Below, one piece after another: positions 8,905 to 18,232 of a DNA stretch of 28,116 nt. A program made the position numbers and the translations under genes. The first letter of the stretch is position 1, and each line of letters begins with the position of its first letter. The notes under the pieces are model-generated. The model worked only from the letters and a program-made list of their open reading frames with translations. It searched no databases and was not told the DNA's origin. Source of the stretch: a virus; IMG/VR virus record IMGVR_UViG_3300029906_000002, positions 140,507 through 168,622 of that record; one strand, written 5' to 3'.

Positions 8905-9594
8905 ATGAAGCATGGAAATGTCGAACTGGCTATGGACACGCTCATGTCCGTATTGCAGGACAGGGGAGTATCTGCGGAGGATTTCTTTGTTTACCGATTG
9001 CTATTTGACATCCATTCCGCTTTTGGGTTCGGTCTTGAGGAATCCGATGCAGGTTTGGATGGCAAGGAAGCCAAGGAAGCCAAGGAAAGGTTCGTCAGCT
9101 ACTATAGCCGAGGACTGAACATCAAGCCGCTCAGGGAAACCCTGTTGTTGCTCATGGAACATGAGATGGTGGTCAAGAAGGACTTACGGGAGAATTTGGA
9201 CTGGGATAATTTCAGTCCCGCATCCGTAAGCCTCAACAAACGATTCCTGGACAAGCTATGGAGATACGCCTGTGTGCTTGGACGGGAACTATGGGAAGCC
9301 TATCCCAACATAGGCAATGTAGATGGTAAGGAAATCCCCTTGAAAACCATCAAAAAGTTGTCCTGCGAAGAGGAGCTATATACCAAATACGCCAAATCCA
9401 TCGGCCATGATCCGAAGAAGCATGAAGAAGTGCTTTCTCTTATCAAGTGGTCCGTGGAGAACAGGACATCTTTCACCAATATGAGTTTGGAATCTTTCGT
9501 CTTGGGACGAATGTGGGAATCCATCAAGGAGTTCATGGATGCTGGTAACACTGGCTACATGAACGGTATGGACGATTATTTTGATTACGTGTGA
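8905..9594 (+). CDS. Putative replication initiator / helicase loader-like protein
   Basis: 229 aa, directly upstream of DnaB. ELWEAYP resembles the FWxxYP motif of phage replisome organisers. Function inferred from position. Confidence 0.5.
   Translation: MKHGNVELAMDTLMSVLQDRGVSAEDFFVYRLLFDIHSAFGFGLEESDAGLDGKEAKEAKERFVSYYSRGLNIKPLRETLLLLMEHEMVVKKDLRENLDWDNFSPASVSLNKRFLDKLWRYACVLGRELWEAYPNIGNVDGKEIPLKTIKKLSCEEELYTKYAKSIGHDPKKHEEVLSLIKWSVENRTSFTNMSLESFVLGRMWESIKEFMDAGNTGYMNGMDDYFDYV
9063..9087 (+). repeat. In-frame 9-bp tandem repeat (caaggaagc, about 2.8 copies; KEAKEAKE)
   Basis: caaggaagc caaggaagc caaggaa read directly. Confidence 0.8.
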
Positions 9595-9597
9595 ACT

Positions 9598-10704
9598 ATG
9601 GGCAAGGTATCGGATTCATTGCGTGGGATGATTAAGGAGAATGCCAAAGGAGGCGTTTTCCAATACTCCACAGGACTACCGAAGCTGCAAGGCTTCATTG
9701 ATGGTGTCCGTAAATCCAATATGCTGCTCATAGGCGGAAAGAGTGGTTCGGGAAAGACCAGCTTCGTCCTCAATAACTACGTGTACCATCCGTTGAAGAG
9801 GTGCGTAGAGGAAGGAAGCAACGATCTCGACATCATCATATTCTGCCTGGAGCTTACCAAGGAACTCACGCTGTCCAAGCTGGTGACGAGCTATCTGTTC
9901 GACAAGTTCGGCATGGAGATGAGCATGAAGGAGATGTTGTCCTTCAATGCGCCCATGTCGAAGGCGTCCATGGAAATGCTGGAAACCGCTTGGCCGTTCA
10001 TTGAGAAGATGGAGGAGCATATCACGTTCATAGACGGAAAGCTGGATTCCAATACGCTCGTGGAAAATATGGGCAAGTATTACGAAGGAAAGGGTGTGTT
10101 TCGCGGCAAGGACGGCAAACTTATACGTGATGCCAGAGGGCTTAGCGACAACAACACTATCGAATTTGTTCCGAACAATCCCAAACTCATCACATTGGGA
10201 ATCATGGATCATATAGGGGAGGTTACGCCCATGGCAGGCAAGACCAGAAAGCAGGAGATAGATGATGTGGCGGACAAATGCAAGATGATGAGAAATGTCT
10301 GTGGTACATCGTGGTGTATCCTGCAACAGATTAACCGCGCTGTTTCAAACGTGGGAAGAAGAGACCGTTATGCGGGACTTGAATTGGACGACTTCAAGGA
10401 TAGCGGCAATGTGGCGGAGAAATCAGACAGCGTGCTCGGCCTTTATTATCCTTATGGCATGAAGGATATGAAAGCCGCAGGGTATGACGTAGGCCGCATG
10501 AAACAACGCTTGAAGATTGCCCAGGTGCTGAAATCCAGATGGGGTGCCTCGGAAGTGGGAATAGGACTGGCTTTCTACGGCCAGTGCAATACCTTTGCCG
10601 AGATGCCCAAGTCGGACCATATCAAGGATTATGACATATACATGACACCTTCCTGGATACGCGAGAAACAGAACATAACCAACGATTTAGAAAATGAGAT
10701 TTGA
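9598..10704 (+). CDS. dnaB: DnaB-like (SF4) replicative helicase, lacking the usual N-terminal domain
   Basis: H1 GGKSGSGKT, H1a FCLEL, H2 IMDHI, H3 LQQINR, H4 FKDSGNVAEKSDSV, arginine finger KSRWG. Confidence 0.9.
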   Translation: MGKVSDSLRGMIKENAKGGVFQYSTGLPKLQGFIDGVRKSNMLLIGGKSGSGKTSFVLNNYVYHPLKRCVEEGSNDLDIIIFCLELTKELTLSKLVTSYLFDKFGMEMSMKEMLSFNAPMSKASMEMLETAWPFIEKMEEHITFIDGKLDSNTLVENMGKYYEGKGVFRGKDGKLIRDARGLSDNNTIEFVPNNPKLITLGIMDHIGEVTPMAGKTRKQEIDDVADKCKMMRNVCGTSWCILQQINRAVSNVGRRDRYAGLELDDFKDSGNVAEKSDSVLGLYYPYGMKDMKAAGYDVGRMKQRLKIAQVLKSRWGASEVGIGLAFYGQCNTFAEMPKSDHIKDYDIYMTPSWIREKQNITNDLENEI

Positions 10705-11586
10705 ATGGCAGTTGTAGTTATAGCCGGAAAAAGTAATTCCGGCAAGACGACTTCGCTCAGGTTCTTACCGCCTGAGACGACGTTCTTAATCAATATGAAC
10801 CATAGTAAAGATCCCACTTTCCCTGGGTTCAAAAAGAATTTCTCGCCTTATAGCGTGGAGTATATCCAATCTCCGGACGGGAAACGCAAGAAACGGGTAA
10901 GCGGGCATTATTGCAAGATTGCCGGACCAGACAAGTATGCGGCCACTCATGCCGTCCTCAAGGATGTGGACAAAGGCATGAAGAATATCAAGTATCTGGT
11001 TGTCGATGATATCAATTATATCATGGGCGACGACATCATGGGAAAGATCACGGAGAAGAGTAGGGACAAGTTCTCAGGGTTTGCCAAGAATTATACGGAC
11101 CTGATTGAACATCTCAAGTCCATGCGCGAAGACCTTGATGTGATCATTGTGTCGCATACCATGACTGAACAGTTCGACAACGGCGAGGTGCAGACAAGGC
11201 TGATGAGTGTGGTCAAGAGTATCGACAAGTACAAACCTGTAGATTCTCAGTTCGACTATATCTTCTATTGCGAATGTCTTGTTGATGAGGTTACGGGAGA
11301 TATCACGTATGTCTATCGAACACGCAAAAATGGAGAAGATACCTGTCGTTCCGTACTTGGCATGTTCAAGGACAAGTATATCGAGCCTAACATCTACAAG
11401 GTCCTGCAACGCATCCATGCCGTCGAGAACGGCGAGGAAGAAGCAGAATACCCTGAAACATCGTCTTTTGTCGCGCCCACGGTAAATGCAGCCAAGAAAA
11501 AGACGGAGAAGAAAGAAGATGATACAACGTCCGACACGGAAGAAAAGTCGGAAGTTAAAACCGAAGAGGAGGATTACGAGATTTGA
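10705..11586 (+). CDS. AAA_24 / Sak4-like P-loop ATPase (phage recombination)
   Basis: Walker A GKSNSGKT, Walker B LVVDD, IIVSH, acidic tail. Lies near SSB and exonuclease genes. Confidence 0.8.
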   Translation: MAVVVIAGKSNSGKTTSLRFLPPETTFLINMNHSKDPTFPGFKKNFSPYSVEYIQSPDGKRKKRVSGHYCKIAGPDKYAATHAVLKDVDKGMKNIKYLVVDDINYIMGDDIMGKITEKSRDKFSGFAKNYTDLIEHLKSMREDLDVIIVSHTMTEQFDNGEVQTRLMSVVKSIDKYKPVDSQFDYIFYCECLVDEVTGDITYVYRTRKNGEDTCRSVLGMFKDKYIEPNIYKVLQRIHAVENGEEEAEYPETSSFVAPTVNAAKKKTEKKEDDTTSDTEEKSEVKTEEEDYEI

Positions 11587-11623
11587 ATCCTTATCCCTAT
11601 CTTCGCGGTAGATAAACCAACAA

Positions 11624-11650
11624 GCCCGGATAGCAATGTCCGGGCATTTT
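11624..11650 (+). terminator. GC-rich hairpin (GCAA tetraloop), terminator or RNA-stabilising stem
   Basis: GCCCGGATA-gcaa-TGTCCGGGC followed by ATTTT. Confidence 0.65.
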
Positions 11651-11668
11651 AAACTAATAAATTTCAAA

Positions 11669-12442
11669 ATGGAAAACCTTCAACATTTAGTAATCAGTAA
11701 TCTCAGACTTGAGTTTGATTACAACCCCGAAACAGGAGAAGCCTCCAATGTAAAGATGCGTACAGTAGCTCCTCGTGTGCAGAAGAACCCGGCACAGAAG
11801 CCTGCCAAGCCCGTTGACTTGTACCAGCTGTGTATCGCTGCCGAGCTGACGCCGACAAGCCTCAAGCTGACCCGTGCGGCTGCCGAGTATTGCGGCCTCA
11901 TCGACAAGGAAGGCGTGTTCACTATGACGAGCAAGGGCAACCGCATCAAGGTAAAGCCCGGATTCACACCCTATAACTCAGCCATGCTTCCCTCCTTGTC
12001 CATTGACGACGACGAGAGCATGGTAGGTTCTCAGCAGTTCCGTGATAACCTGTCTGTATCTTTCTCTGGCTCCAATAATGCCATGATGTCGCAGATCGGC
12101 CGGTTCTTTACATTCGAGAAGCTGGACAACAGCACGTTCGTCATGCACCCGAAGAAGAGTAAGGAAGAGATTATTGAAGAGTATAGAAACGGTTTGCAGA
12201 AAGAGACCACTTCTGTTGGTGGAGTGCTGAATGATGTCACCAATGAACCGCAAAACAACGTGGTTGAAGATCGTCTTACTGATACTGACGGACTTGCTGA
12301 GGATCCGCTCAATCTGGGCAATGATATACCAGATCCTACCGACCCTGAAATCAGCGGCATCACCGATGAGGAGTACGATAACATTGCATCGGATGAAGGA
12401 GACAACGTGACGTATGATGATTTTGATGATCAAGGAATTTAA
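11669..12442 (+). CDS. Hypothetical protein with long acidic C-terminal tail
   Basis: Likely start is ATG 11669, since the track's ATG 11636 lies inside the hairpin. The last ~65 aa are very D/E-rich. Confidence 0.8.
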   Translation: MENLQHLVISNLRLEFDYNPETGEASNVKMRTVAPRVQKNPAQKPAKPVDLYQLCIAAELTPTSLKLTRAAAEYCGLIDKEGVFTMTSKGNRIKVKPGFTPYNSAMLPSLSIDDDESMVGSQQFRDNLSVSFSGSNNAMMSQIGRFFTFEKLDNSTFVMHPKKSKEEIIEEYRNGLQKETTSVGGVLNDVTNEPQNNVVEDRLTDTDGLAEDPLNLGNDIPDPTDPEISGITDEEYDNIASDEGDNVTYDDFDDQGI

Positions 12443-12468
12443 CTATAAACTTTTTAAACAATACTACT

Positions 12469-13206
12469 ATGGCTATAGATGTTACTAATATGAATGCTGC
12501 CGGTAACGGTGGTAATAGACTTGCAGCTTGGGATATCCATATCGTGCAGCTCAAGAGCGTGGAGATTGAACATGGCGAAAAGGATGGGAAACCCTGGCAC
12601 GCCATGAAGTTTACTTTCGGCAATGAGAATGGCGAGTTTTCGCAATCATTCTTCTGCCCCATCCTTTCCGAAGATCCGGAATGTACGGCACGAAAGAAGT
12701 TTGAGGGATCACAATATCCTTCCCCGTCAAAAGAAGAGAACTTTGTCACGGCTATCCTGCACATGTCCCGTATCACTCCGCCCAAGAAGGGAGCGGACGG
12801 CACGGAGAAGAGTGGCGAGCAGCGTTTCAAGGAGTTCTATGCCAAGAACGATCCTATCGTGTCCTTACAGGCTTTCAACAAGTTTGCAACGGTAGTCAGC
12901 AAGCTCTTTGCCGAGGTTATCGCCAGTGGTACCGAGTTGCAGCTGAAACTCATCTCGGACAAGAACGGACGCTATGCCCGTCTCCCGAACTATTGCGGCC
13001 TCAGAAAGGACGGAACGACGTATATCAACCCGTTCCTCGCATTGGCTACTGACAAGAAGCTGACATTCTCCCAGAGCGAGATCAAGTTTAAGAACCAAGT
13101 TGAATCCAATGCTTCCAAGCCGTCGAGCGCACCTGAGGACGATACCCAGGACTATAGCAACAGCGCGGCTTCTACTATCTCTGACGAAGAATACGATTCA
13201 ATCTGA
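12469..13206 (+). CDS. Putative single-stranded DNA-binding protein
   Basis: Beta-rich N-terminus with aromatic residues and an acidic flexible tail (SDEEYDSI). Positioned between the AAA ATPase and the primase. Confidence 0.6.
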   Translation: MAIDVTNMNAAGNGGNRLAAWDIHIVQLKSVEIEHGEKDGKPWHAMKFTFGNENGEFSQSFFCPILSEDPECTARKKFEGSQYPSPSKEENFVTAILHMSRITPPKKGADGTEKSGEQRFKEFYAKNDPIVSLQAFNKFATVVSKLFAEVIASGTELQLKLISDKNGRYARLPNYCGLRKDGTTYINPFLALATDKKLTFSQSEIKFKNQVESNASKPSSAPEDDTQDYSNSAASTISDEEYDSI

Positions 13207-13213
13207 TTGAGCC

Positions 13214-14332
13214 ATGATTACGCTTCCGGAAAAGATAACAAGGGAAAAACTTCTTGAATACAATTCTGAGGAGGCGTATATGGCGAGATACACAGGCATT
13301 GCGCCCAGGAAGAAACTTGTGAACAGTCCGTTTCGGAAAGACAGGCATCCATCCTGTAGTTTCATGAGGACCTCTTCCGGGCGCATCCTGTTGTATGATT
13401 TTTCCCGACCGGAATACACGTGCGATTTTGTCAAGGCTGCCATGATGCGCTATAACTGCACGTATGGCGAGGCTTTGAAATATATCGCGCAGGATTACGG
13501 CATACTACCTATTGCAGGAGACAGACCAAAAGTCATCGAGGTGCCCGCTGTCGACCTAAGCAGGCTCGACTTCAAGAAAGACACTTTCATACAGATCACG
13601 CAAGGAGAATGGTTGCCCAAGCATCTTGATTATTGGGGCAAGTATGGCGTCACGCTCGACATCCTGAAAAGGTATCGGGTGTATAGGCCGAGTTGTGTGT
13701 TTCTGAATGGCAATGTCATCTATCGGGGCGACGACAATGTGTTTGCCTATTTCTATCGCAATGGAACCACTGAGGAAGGATTGCCTATCGAGTATTGGCG
13801 GATCTATTTCCCAGGAAGAAAGAAAATGAAATTCATATCGACATGGAACAAAAGCATGATACAGGGCTACAGGCAGCTTCCCAAGACAGGAGACACGCTT
13901 GTCGTCACCAAGTCCATGAAGGATGTCATGTGCATGGCCTCTGTCGGTATAACGGCTATCGCTCCGAACAGCGAGAACATGTTCCTTCCCGACGAGATGG
14001 TTGATGAACTTCGAGGGAGGTTCAGGCAAATCATTGTCATATATGACAATGATAGGGCAGGGTTATACAATATGGCAAAGATCCGGCGAAGATACCCGGA
14101 TTTTGCTTACGTATGGATTGACAAGTCCGAATATGGCTGCAAGGATTTCTCCGACCTCTATGAGAAATATGGACGGGAGAAAACCATTGAGCTTATCGGA
14201 GTAATGAGAAAACATGTGAATAAGATTATGACGAAAGAAGAATATGGCACAGGCGAGTTCAGAAAAGTGTTCGCTTCCATCTTCGGCGTAAGCACGGGTA
14301 ATCCGAATAGTAAATGGCAGAAGGGAAGATAA
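13214..14332 (+). CDS. dnaG: DnaG-like primase (TOPRIM)
   Basis: N-terminal SPFRKDRHPSCSF (degenerate CHC2-like). TOPRIM strands VVTKSMKD, IYDNDRAG and KDFSD. Confidence 0.85.
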   Translation: MITLPEKITREKLLEYNSEEAYMARYTGIAPRKKLVNSPFRKDRHPSCSFMRTSSGRILLYDFSRPEYTCDFVKAAMMRYNCTYGEALKYIAQDYGILPIAGDRPKVIEVPAVDLSRLDFKKDTFIQITQGEWLPKHLDYWGKYGVTLDILKRYRVYRPSCVFLNGNVIYRGDDNVFAYFYRNGTTEEGLPIEYWRIYFPGRKKMKFISTWNKSMIQGYRQLPKTGDTLVVTKSMKDVMCMASVGITAIAPNSENMFLPDEMVDELRGRFRQIIVIYDNDRAGLYNMAKIRRRYPDFAYVWIDKSEYGCKDFSDLYEKYGREKTIELIGVMRKHVNKIMTKEEYGTGEFRKVFASIFGVSTGNPNSKWQKGR

Positions 14333-15642
14333 CCGTCAAGGAAGCCAAGATAGTCAAACTGTCAGACAAGGAATACTTTAGCAAGAAATACGATGGCTAC
14401 ATCAGCAACAGCAGGCTCAACCTGCTCGACCCAGCCATGGGAGGTTCTTCTGAAGCCTTTCTGAGAGGTTTTGACAATCGGGTAGAAAAATCCTTTTTCA
14501 GTATCGGAACAGCTGTACACGCCCTTCTGTTGCAGCCTCAGGAGTATATCATCAGCAAAGCTGAACTTCCTCCAGGCAAGCTCGGATTGATTGCCCGGAT
14601 GCTTAAGAACATGGGCATGGAATCCACCAGCACGGACAATTCCTTAGTTCGGAAAGCCGTGCTTGAAGTGGGTTACTATGGGTTCAACACGCCGGATGAG
14701 AAGATTTCCAAAATCAGGGACGCCATTGTTCCGTTCCTTGCACAGTCCGAACTGGAGAAGATACCTGAAGGCATGACGCCGCTGTATCTATCCAAGGAGG
14801 ATATGAAAACGGTTATCAACTGTGTTACTGTGATGAGGCGCGACGAAGAGGTGAACAGGCTGCTTTCTATCCGCGATAAAGGATATGAGATCAACTGCTT
14901 CAATGAACATGCCATACTGGGTACATTGGAAGTAGAAGGCGAAGGCGTGCATAGGGAATTTAAGGTCAAATGCAAACTGGACAGGTTCATCATTGACGAA
15001 AGCTCCTTTTACATCCAAGACCTTAAGACTACGCACAAGAACACTTCCTACTTCAAGGAATCCATAAGGTCCTACAGGTACGACAGGCAGGCTGCTTTCT
15101 ATAAGATGATGCTGGAGAAAGCCATTGAAGAGGACGACCTTGATTTCGACAGCTTCAAGTTCCTTGTGGTTTCCACCTCGGATTTCAGCGTGAGTACCGT
15201 CAAAGTGCCAGAACAGATGATAAGCAGCGGCATGGATAGCCTCTGTGAACTTTTCATTACGGCAGCAAACGTGGTTGCACAAAGAAGTTTGAAAAGGGAT
15301 TTCAACACCTGGTATTCCCTAAAGACGTTGCCTGTCATGTTTGGCGACAAGATGAAGCTCATAGGATTACTCTGCCTGCTTCTGCAACATTTCAGAAAGA
15401 AGCAGCCGGGATATACGGTCCGCGAGCTTATAGAGAGAATCAGAAAAGAGAAGATCAATCAGACATCTGGAGGCATACTGGATAGGCTTGAAGTATGGGT
15501 GGAGGAGTTTTATGACCCCAACTATAAATACCCCACCTTCGGATTCGCAAAACCCAAGGAGATGTCCGACTACATCAATTCGATAATGGACAAGGAACTT
15601 CCATTCTCGGATTCAATGTGGGAAGAAGACCTTCCTTTCTGA
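14314..15642 (+). CDS. PD-(D/E)XK exonuclease (RecE/ExoVIII-like) with extra C-terminal domain
   Basis: ISNSRL, GTAVHALLL, E, KCKLDRF, QDLKTT and YRYDRQAAFY motifs. About 110 extra aa ending in EEDLPF. Confidence 0.88.
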   Translation: MAEGKITVKEAKIVKLSDKEYFSKKYDGYISNSRLNLLDPAMGGSSEAFLRGFDNRVEKSFFSIGTAVHALLLQPQEYIISKAELPPGKLGLIARMLKNMGMESTSTDNSLVRKAVLEVGYYGFNTPDEKISKIRDAIVPFLAQSELEKIPEGMTPLYLSKEDMKTVINCVTVMRRDEEVNRLLSIRDKGYEINCFNEHAILGTLEVEGEGVHREFKVKCKLDRFIIDESSFYIQDLKTTHKNTSYFKESIRSYRYDRQAAFYKMMLEKAIEEDDLDFDSFKFLVVSTSDFSVSTVKVPEQMISSGMDSLCELFITAANVVAQRSLKRDFNTWYSLKTLPVMFGDKMKLIGLLCLLLQHFRKKQPGYTVRELIERIRKEKINQTSGGILDRLEVWVEEFYDPNYKYPTFGFAKPKEMSDYINSIMDKELPFSDSMWEEDLPF

Positions 15643-15657
15643 TTGCAGATTGATGTG

Positions 15658-15705
15658 GTTCCCTATTTTAGGGAACAACGAGATGGCTAAAAACAAGCAT
15701 ATCTC
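15658..15705. promoter_or_regulatory. Two tandem intergenic inverted repeats
   Basis: GTTCCCTA-ttt-TAGGGAAC, then GAGATG.GCT-aaaaaca-AGC.a.TATCTC. No U-tract. Confidence 0.45.
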
Positions 15706-15712
15706 TTAGTAA

Positions 15713-16381
15713 ATGAAAGTTGTAAACAATATAAACATTAAAGGAAAGGATTATGCGATTTCCAAGATCATAAACAGTTTTCTACAAGCTACCAACATCA
15801 ATGATGCGGAACAATCCGTGTACACCAACGACAAGGTGGTGGATGGAAAATGCGCAACTACCAAGTTATGTTATGAATCTATTTACGGGTACGACAACAT
15901 CTTCGGATTCAAAAAGGTAGAAGGCATATCGTTCTGTTTCAATGGCGAGCATCCCTGTTGTACCGCATACAAAGGATTGTGGTACGACAACGCCATGTTC
16001 ATCATTAATTCTTCATCCATCCGCCAGTTTGGGTTGGATGCGGACGGATATAATCCCGCATCATTGGATGTGAAAACCGTAGAGAACTATATCCGAAGTG
16101 AAAGATACAAGCGCATAACGGACATGGAAGGTTTCGTGGGACGAATCATTATGCGTGGAATGATGAGCAAGATTATCACGTCGAGCGGCATGAAGGTACA
16201 GATTCCCATTGAATCCATCGTCAAGTCTACCTGGAAGCTGATGTTCTCGAACGCTACAAACGCCAAGTTCTACGCGGAACTGTCGAGCAACATCCTGTCT
16301 TCACGGAACAAGGGCAAGGATATGTCCTGGTACATGTATAAGATCTTTCTTATTAACACGCTTATAAACGGGAAATCATGA
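15713..16381 (+). CDS. Hypothetical protein
   Basis: 222 aa ORF with ATGA overlap with the helicase gene. Confidence 0.8.
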   Translation: MKVVNNINIKGKDYAISKIINSFLQATNINDAEQSVYTNDKVVDGKCATTKLCYESIYGYDNIFGFKKVEGISFCFNGEHPCCTAYKGLWYDNAMFIINSSSIRQFGLDADGYNPASLDVKTVENYIRSERYKRITDMEGFVGRIIMRGMMSKIITSSGMKVQIPIESIVKSTWKLMFSNATNAKFYAELSSNILSSRNKGKDMSWYMYKIFLINTLINGKS

Positions 16382-18012
16382 GTGAACTGACACTTATCAA
16401 AGGCGTCAAGGTAAGACGCAAGGTGGATATCGCTGTGGACATGCACCTCAAGGGAAATGGAAACATGCGTATCGGCGACATCTTTCTGAGTGATGAGCAG
16501 CAACATGCCGTAGATTCCGTTATGGAGTTTGTGGACGATGACCCGAAATGGAAAGGGAAGTTCGCCCTAACCCTGTCCGGATCGGCAGGCACGGGAAAGA
16601 CCATGACTACAAGAGCTATTGTCATCATGCTTAAGAAGAAGAATGTCAGGTTCGCCCTTTCGGCTCCTACGCATAAGGCCAAGCTCGTTCTTTCTCGATA
16701 CGCGGGCGTAGAGGCAGATACCATGCACTCTCTCTTTGGATTAAGCCCCGATATGAACGTGGAGGATTTCGATTGGAAGAACGTCAAGTTCAACCTTGAA
16801 GAAAGGGCAAGGGAGATTATGCGCGAATCATTGTTCGGTACTCCCGAAGACAACACGAAAGGCAAGAAAAGGAAGGATAAGAGATTCAGGTTGCCAGTCA
16901 AGGGGTTGCTTATCATTGACGAATGCTCCATGATAAACGACAACTTCTTCAGCTTCATTCAAAAGATGTCCATGATGTGCAAGGTTAAGGTCTTGTTCGT
17001 AGGCGATGAGAAGCAGCTACAACCTGTCAAGGCGGAAAGCAAGTCCAAGTGTTTCTACGCCAATGATGTAGGGCAGCTTAGGCTCACTTCCATCTTCAGA
17101 CAGGATGGAGAATCCGCGCTTGTTCCCCTTCTTGCTACATTAAGGGATAATCCTATCTTTCATTTTGGCACCAGAGAATCGGAAAGAGGTTCCGTATATT
17201 CCTGGACGGATACCAAAGCACGTATCGTAAAACCGTACGTGGACATGCTCAGGATAGCCATGCCAAAGATGGATACATCCGTGGGCAAGATCATCTGTTA
17301 TACCAATGCAGGTGTGGATATGTACAACAGAAACGTAAGGAAATACCTGTTTCGTGACGTGAACACCGAGAAGGTTTTGTATGTAAAAGGCGAATTCCTT
17401 GTGGGTGAGGAAAATATGGAGTACAACGGCTCCACAATTTACAACTCACTGGAATATGTGGTCGTCGATACGCCAAAACAATTCAAGATGGAAGTTCCGT
17501 TCATAAGCAGGCAGTTCAATGTGCTTATGCTTAACCTGTATGACGTGCAAGAGCAGTCTTATCTGTATGTGCCTATTATGATACGCAGCATGAACAGTGC
17601 GGATCTGATACACGAATACGCCAATATGCTTGAGCTTAAACGAAATGCCGCCATTGCCATTGATAAGAGGCGATATATGGAAAGAGCAGCGGCATGGAGC
17701 GAGTATTATAGCGTGCTGAAGGCTTTCGCTTCCGATACCGATATCCAATATGGAAGCAGAACGGTGAAGAAGAGGAGCTTCAACTATGGCTATGCCATAA
17801 CCACCTATAAGTCGCAAGGCTCAGGTTATACCAATGTGTTCGTTGACATGAATGACATAGCTCTTGCAAGAGATAACGAAATGTTCCGACAACACGAGTA
17901 TGTGGCATTGTCGCGGACAAGAAAGGACGCATATATCTATTATAGTGAAAAATGTCTAAACAATTTATTATTTCAGACTATCTCGGACGATACTGCGTAC
18001 ACGCAGCAATAA
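16378..18012 (+). CDS. Superfamily 1B helicase (Dda/RecD-like)
   Basis: LSDEQ, GSAGTGKT, SAPTHKA, IIDECSM, VGDEKQLQPV, LTSIFRQ, YAITTYKSQG, YVALSR. Confidence 0.93.
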   Translation: MSELTLIKGVKVRRKVDIAVDMHLKGNGNMRIGDIFLSDEQQHAVDSVMEFVDDDPKWKGKFALTLSGSAGTGKTMTTRAIVIMLKKKNVRFALSAPTHKAKLVLSRYAGVEADTMHSLFGLSPDMNVEDFDWKNVKFNLEERAREIMRESLFGTPEDNTKGKKRKDKRFRLPVKGLLIIDECSMINDNFFSFIQKMSMMCKVKVLFVGDEKQLQPVKAESKSKCFYANDVGQLRLTSIFRQDGESALVPLLATLRDNPIFHFGTRESERGSVYSWTDTKARIVKPYVDMLRIAMPKMDTSVGKIICYTNAGVDMYNRNVRKYLFRDVNTEKVLYVKGEFLVGEENMEYNGSTIYNSLEYVVVDTPKQFKMEVPFISRQFNVLMLNLYDVQEQSYLYVPIMIRSMNSADLIHEYANMLELKRNAAIAIDKRRYMERAAAWSEYYSVLKAFASDTDIQYGSRTVKKRSFNYGYAITTYKSQGSGYTNVFVDMNDIALARDNEMFRQHEYVALSRTRKDAYIYYSEKCLNNLLFQTISDDTAYTQQ

Positions 18013-18227
18013 ACCATTCAATTCAGGCAAAAGTGGACATGGATGGAGAATCCATGCACATCGAACTTCTTCGTGCTTATTTATTAAATATGTACGATGA
18101 GAAAATAACCGAACAGATAATCGACTTGGAACGCGAGCAGATTTGGATGCTCGGCAATGGTATTAGTTCGGGACTGTCTGAATTTCGTGAAAAAGTAAAC
18201 AAATTGGTAAACCAACAAAAACAATAA
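17952..18227 (+). CDS. Hypothetical protein
   Basis: 91 aa ORF filling the gap between the helicase and the next gene; start uncertain. Confidence 0.6.
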   Translation: MSKQFIISDYLGRYCVHAAINHSIQAKVDMDGESMHIELLRAYLLNMYDEKITEQIIDLEREQIWMLGNGISSGLSEFREKVNKLVNQQKQ

Positions 18228-18232
18228 TCAAA

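Noticed and set aside
9063-9087. 9-bp tandem repeat as replication-origin iterons
   Set aside because: Fewer than three copies, in frame, with no adjacent AT-rich unwinding region; more likely a simple coding slippage.
11582-11606. Bacteroidetes sigma-A promoter (TTTG ... TATCTTCG)
   Set aside because: There is a mismatch to TAnnTTTG, and the 12 nt spacing is too short for the consensus.
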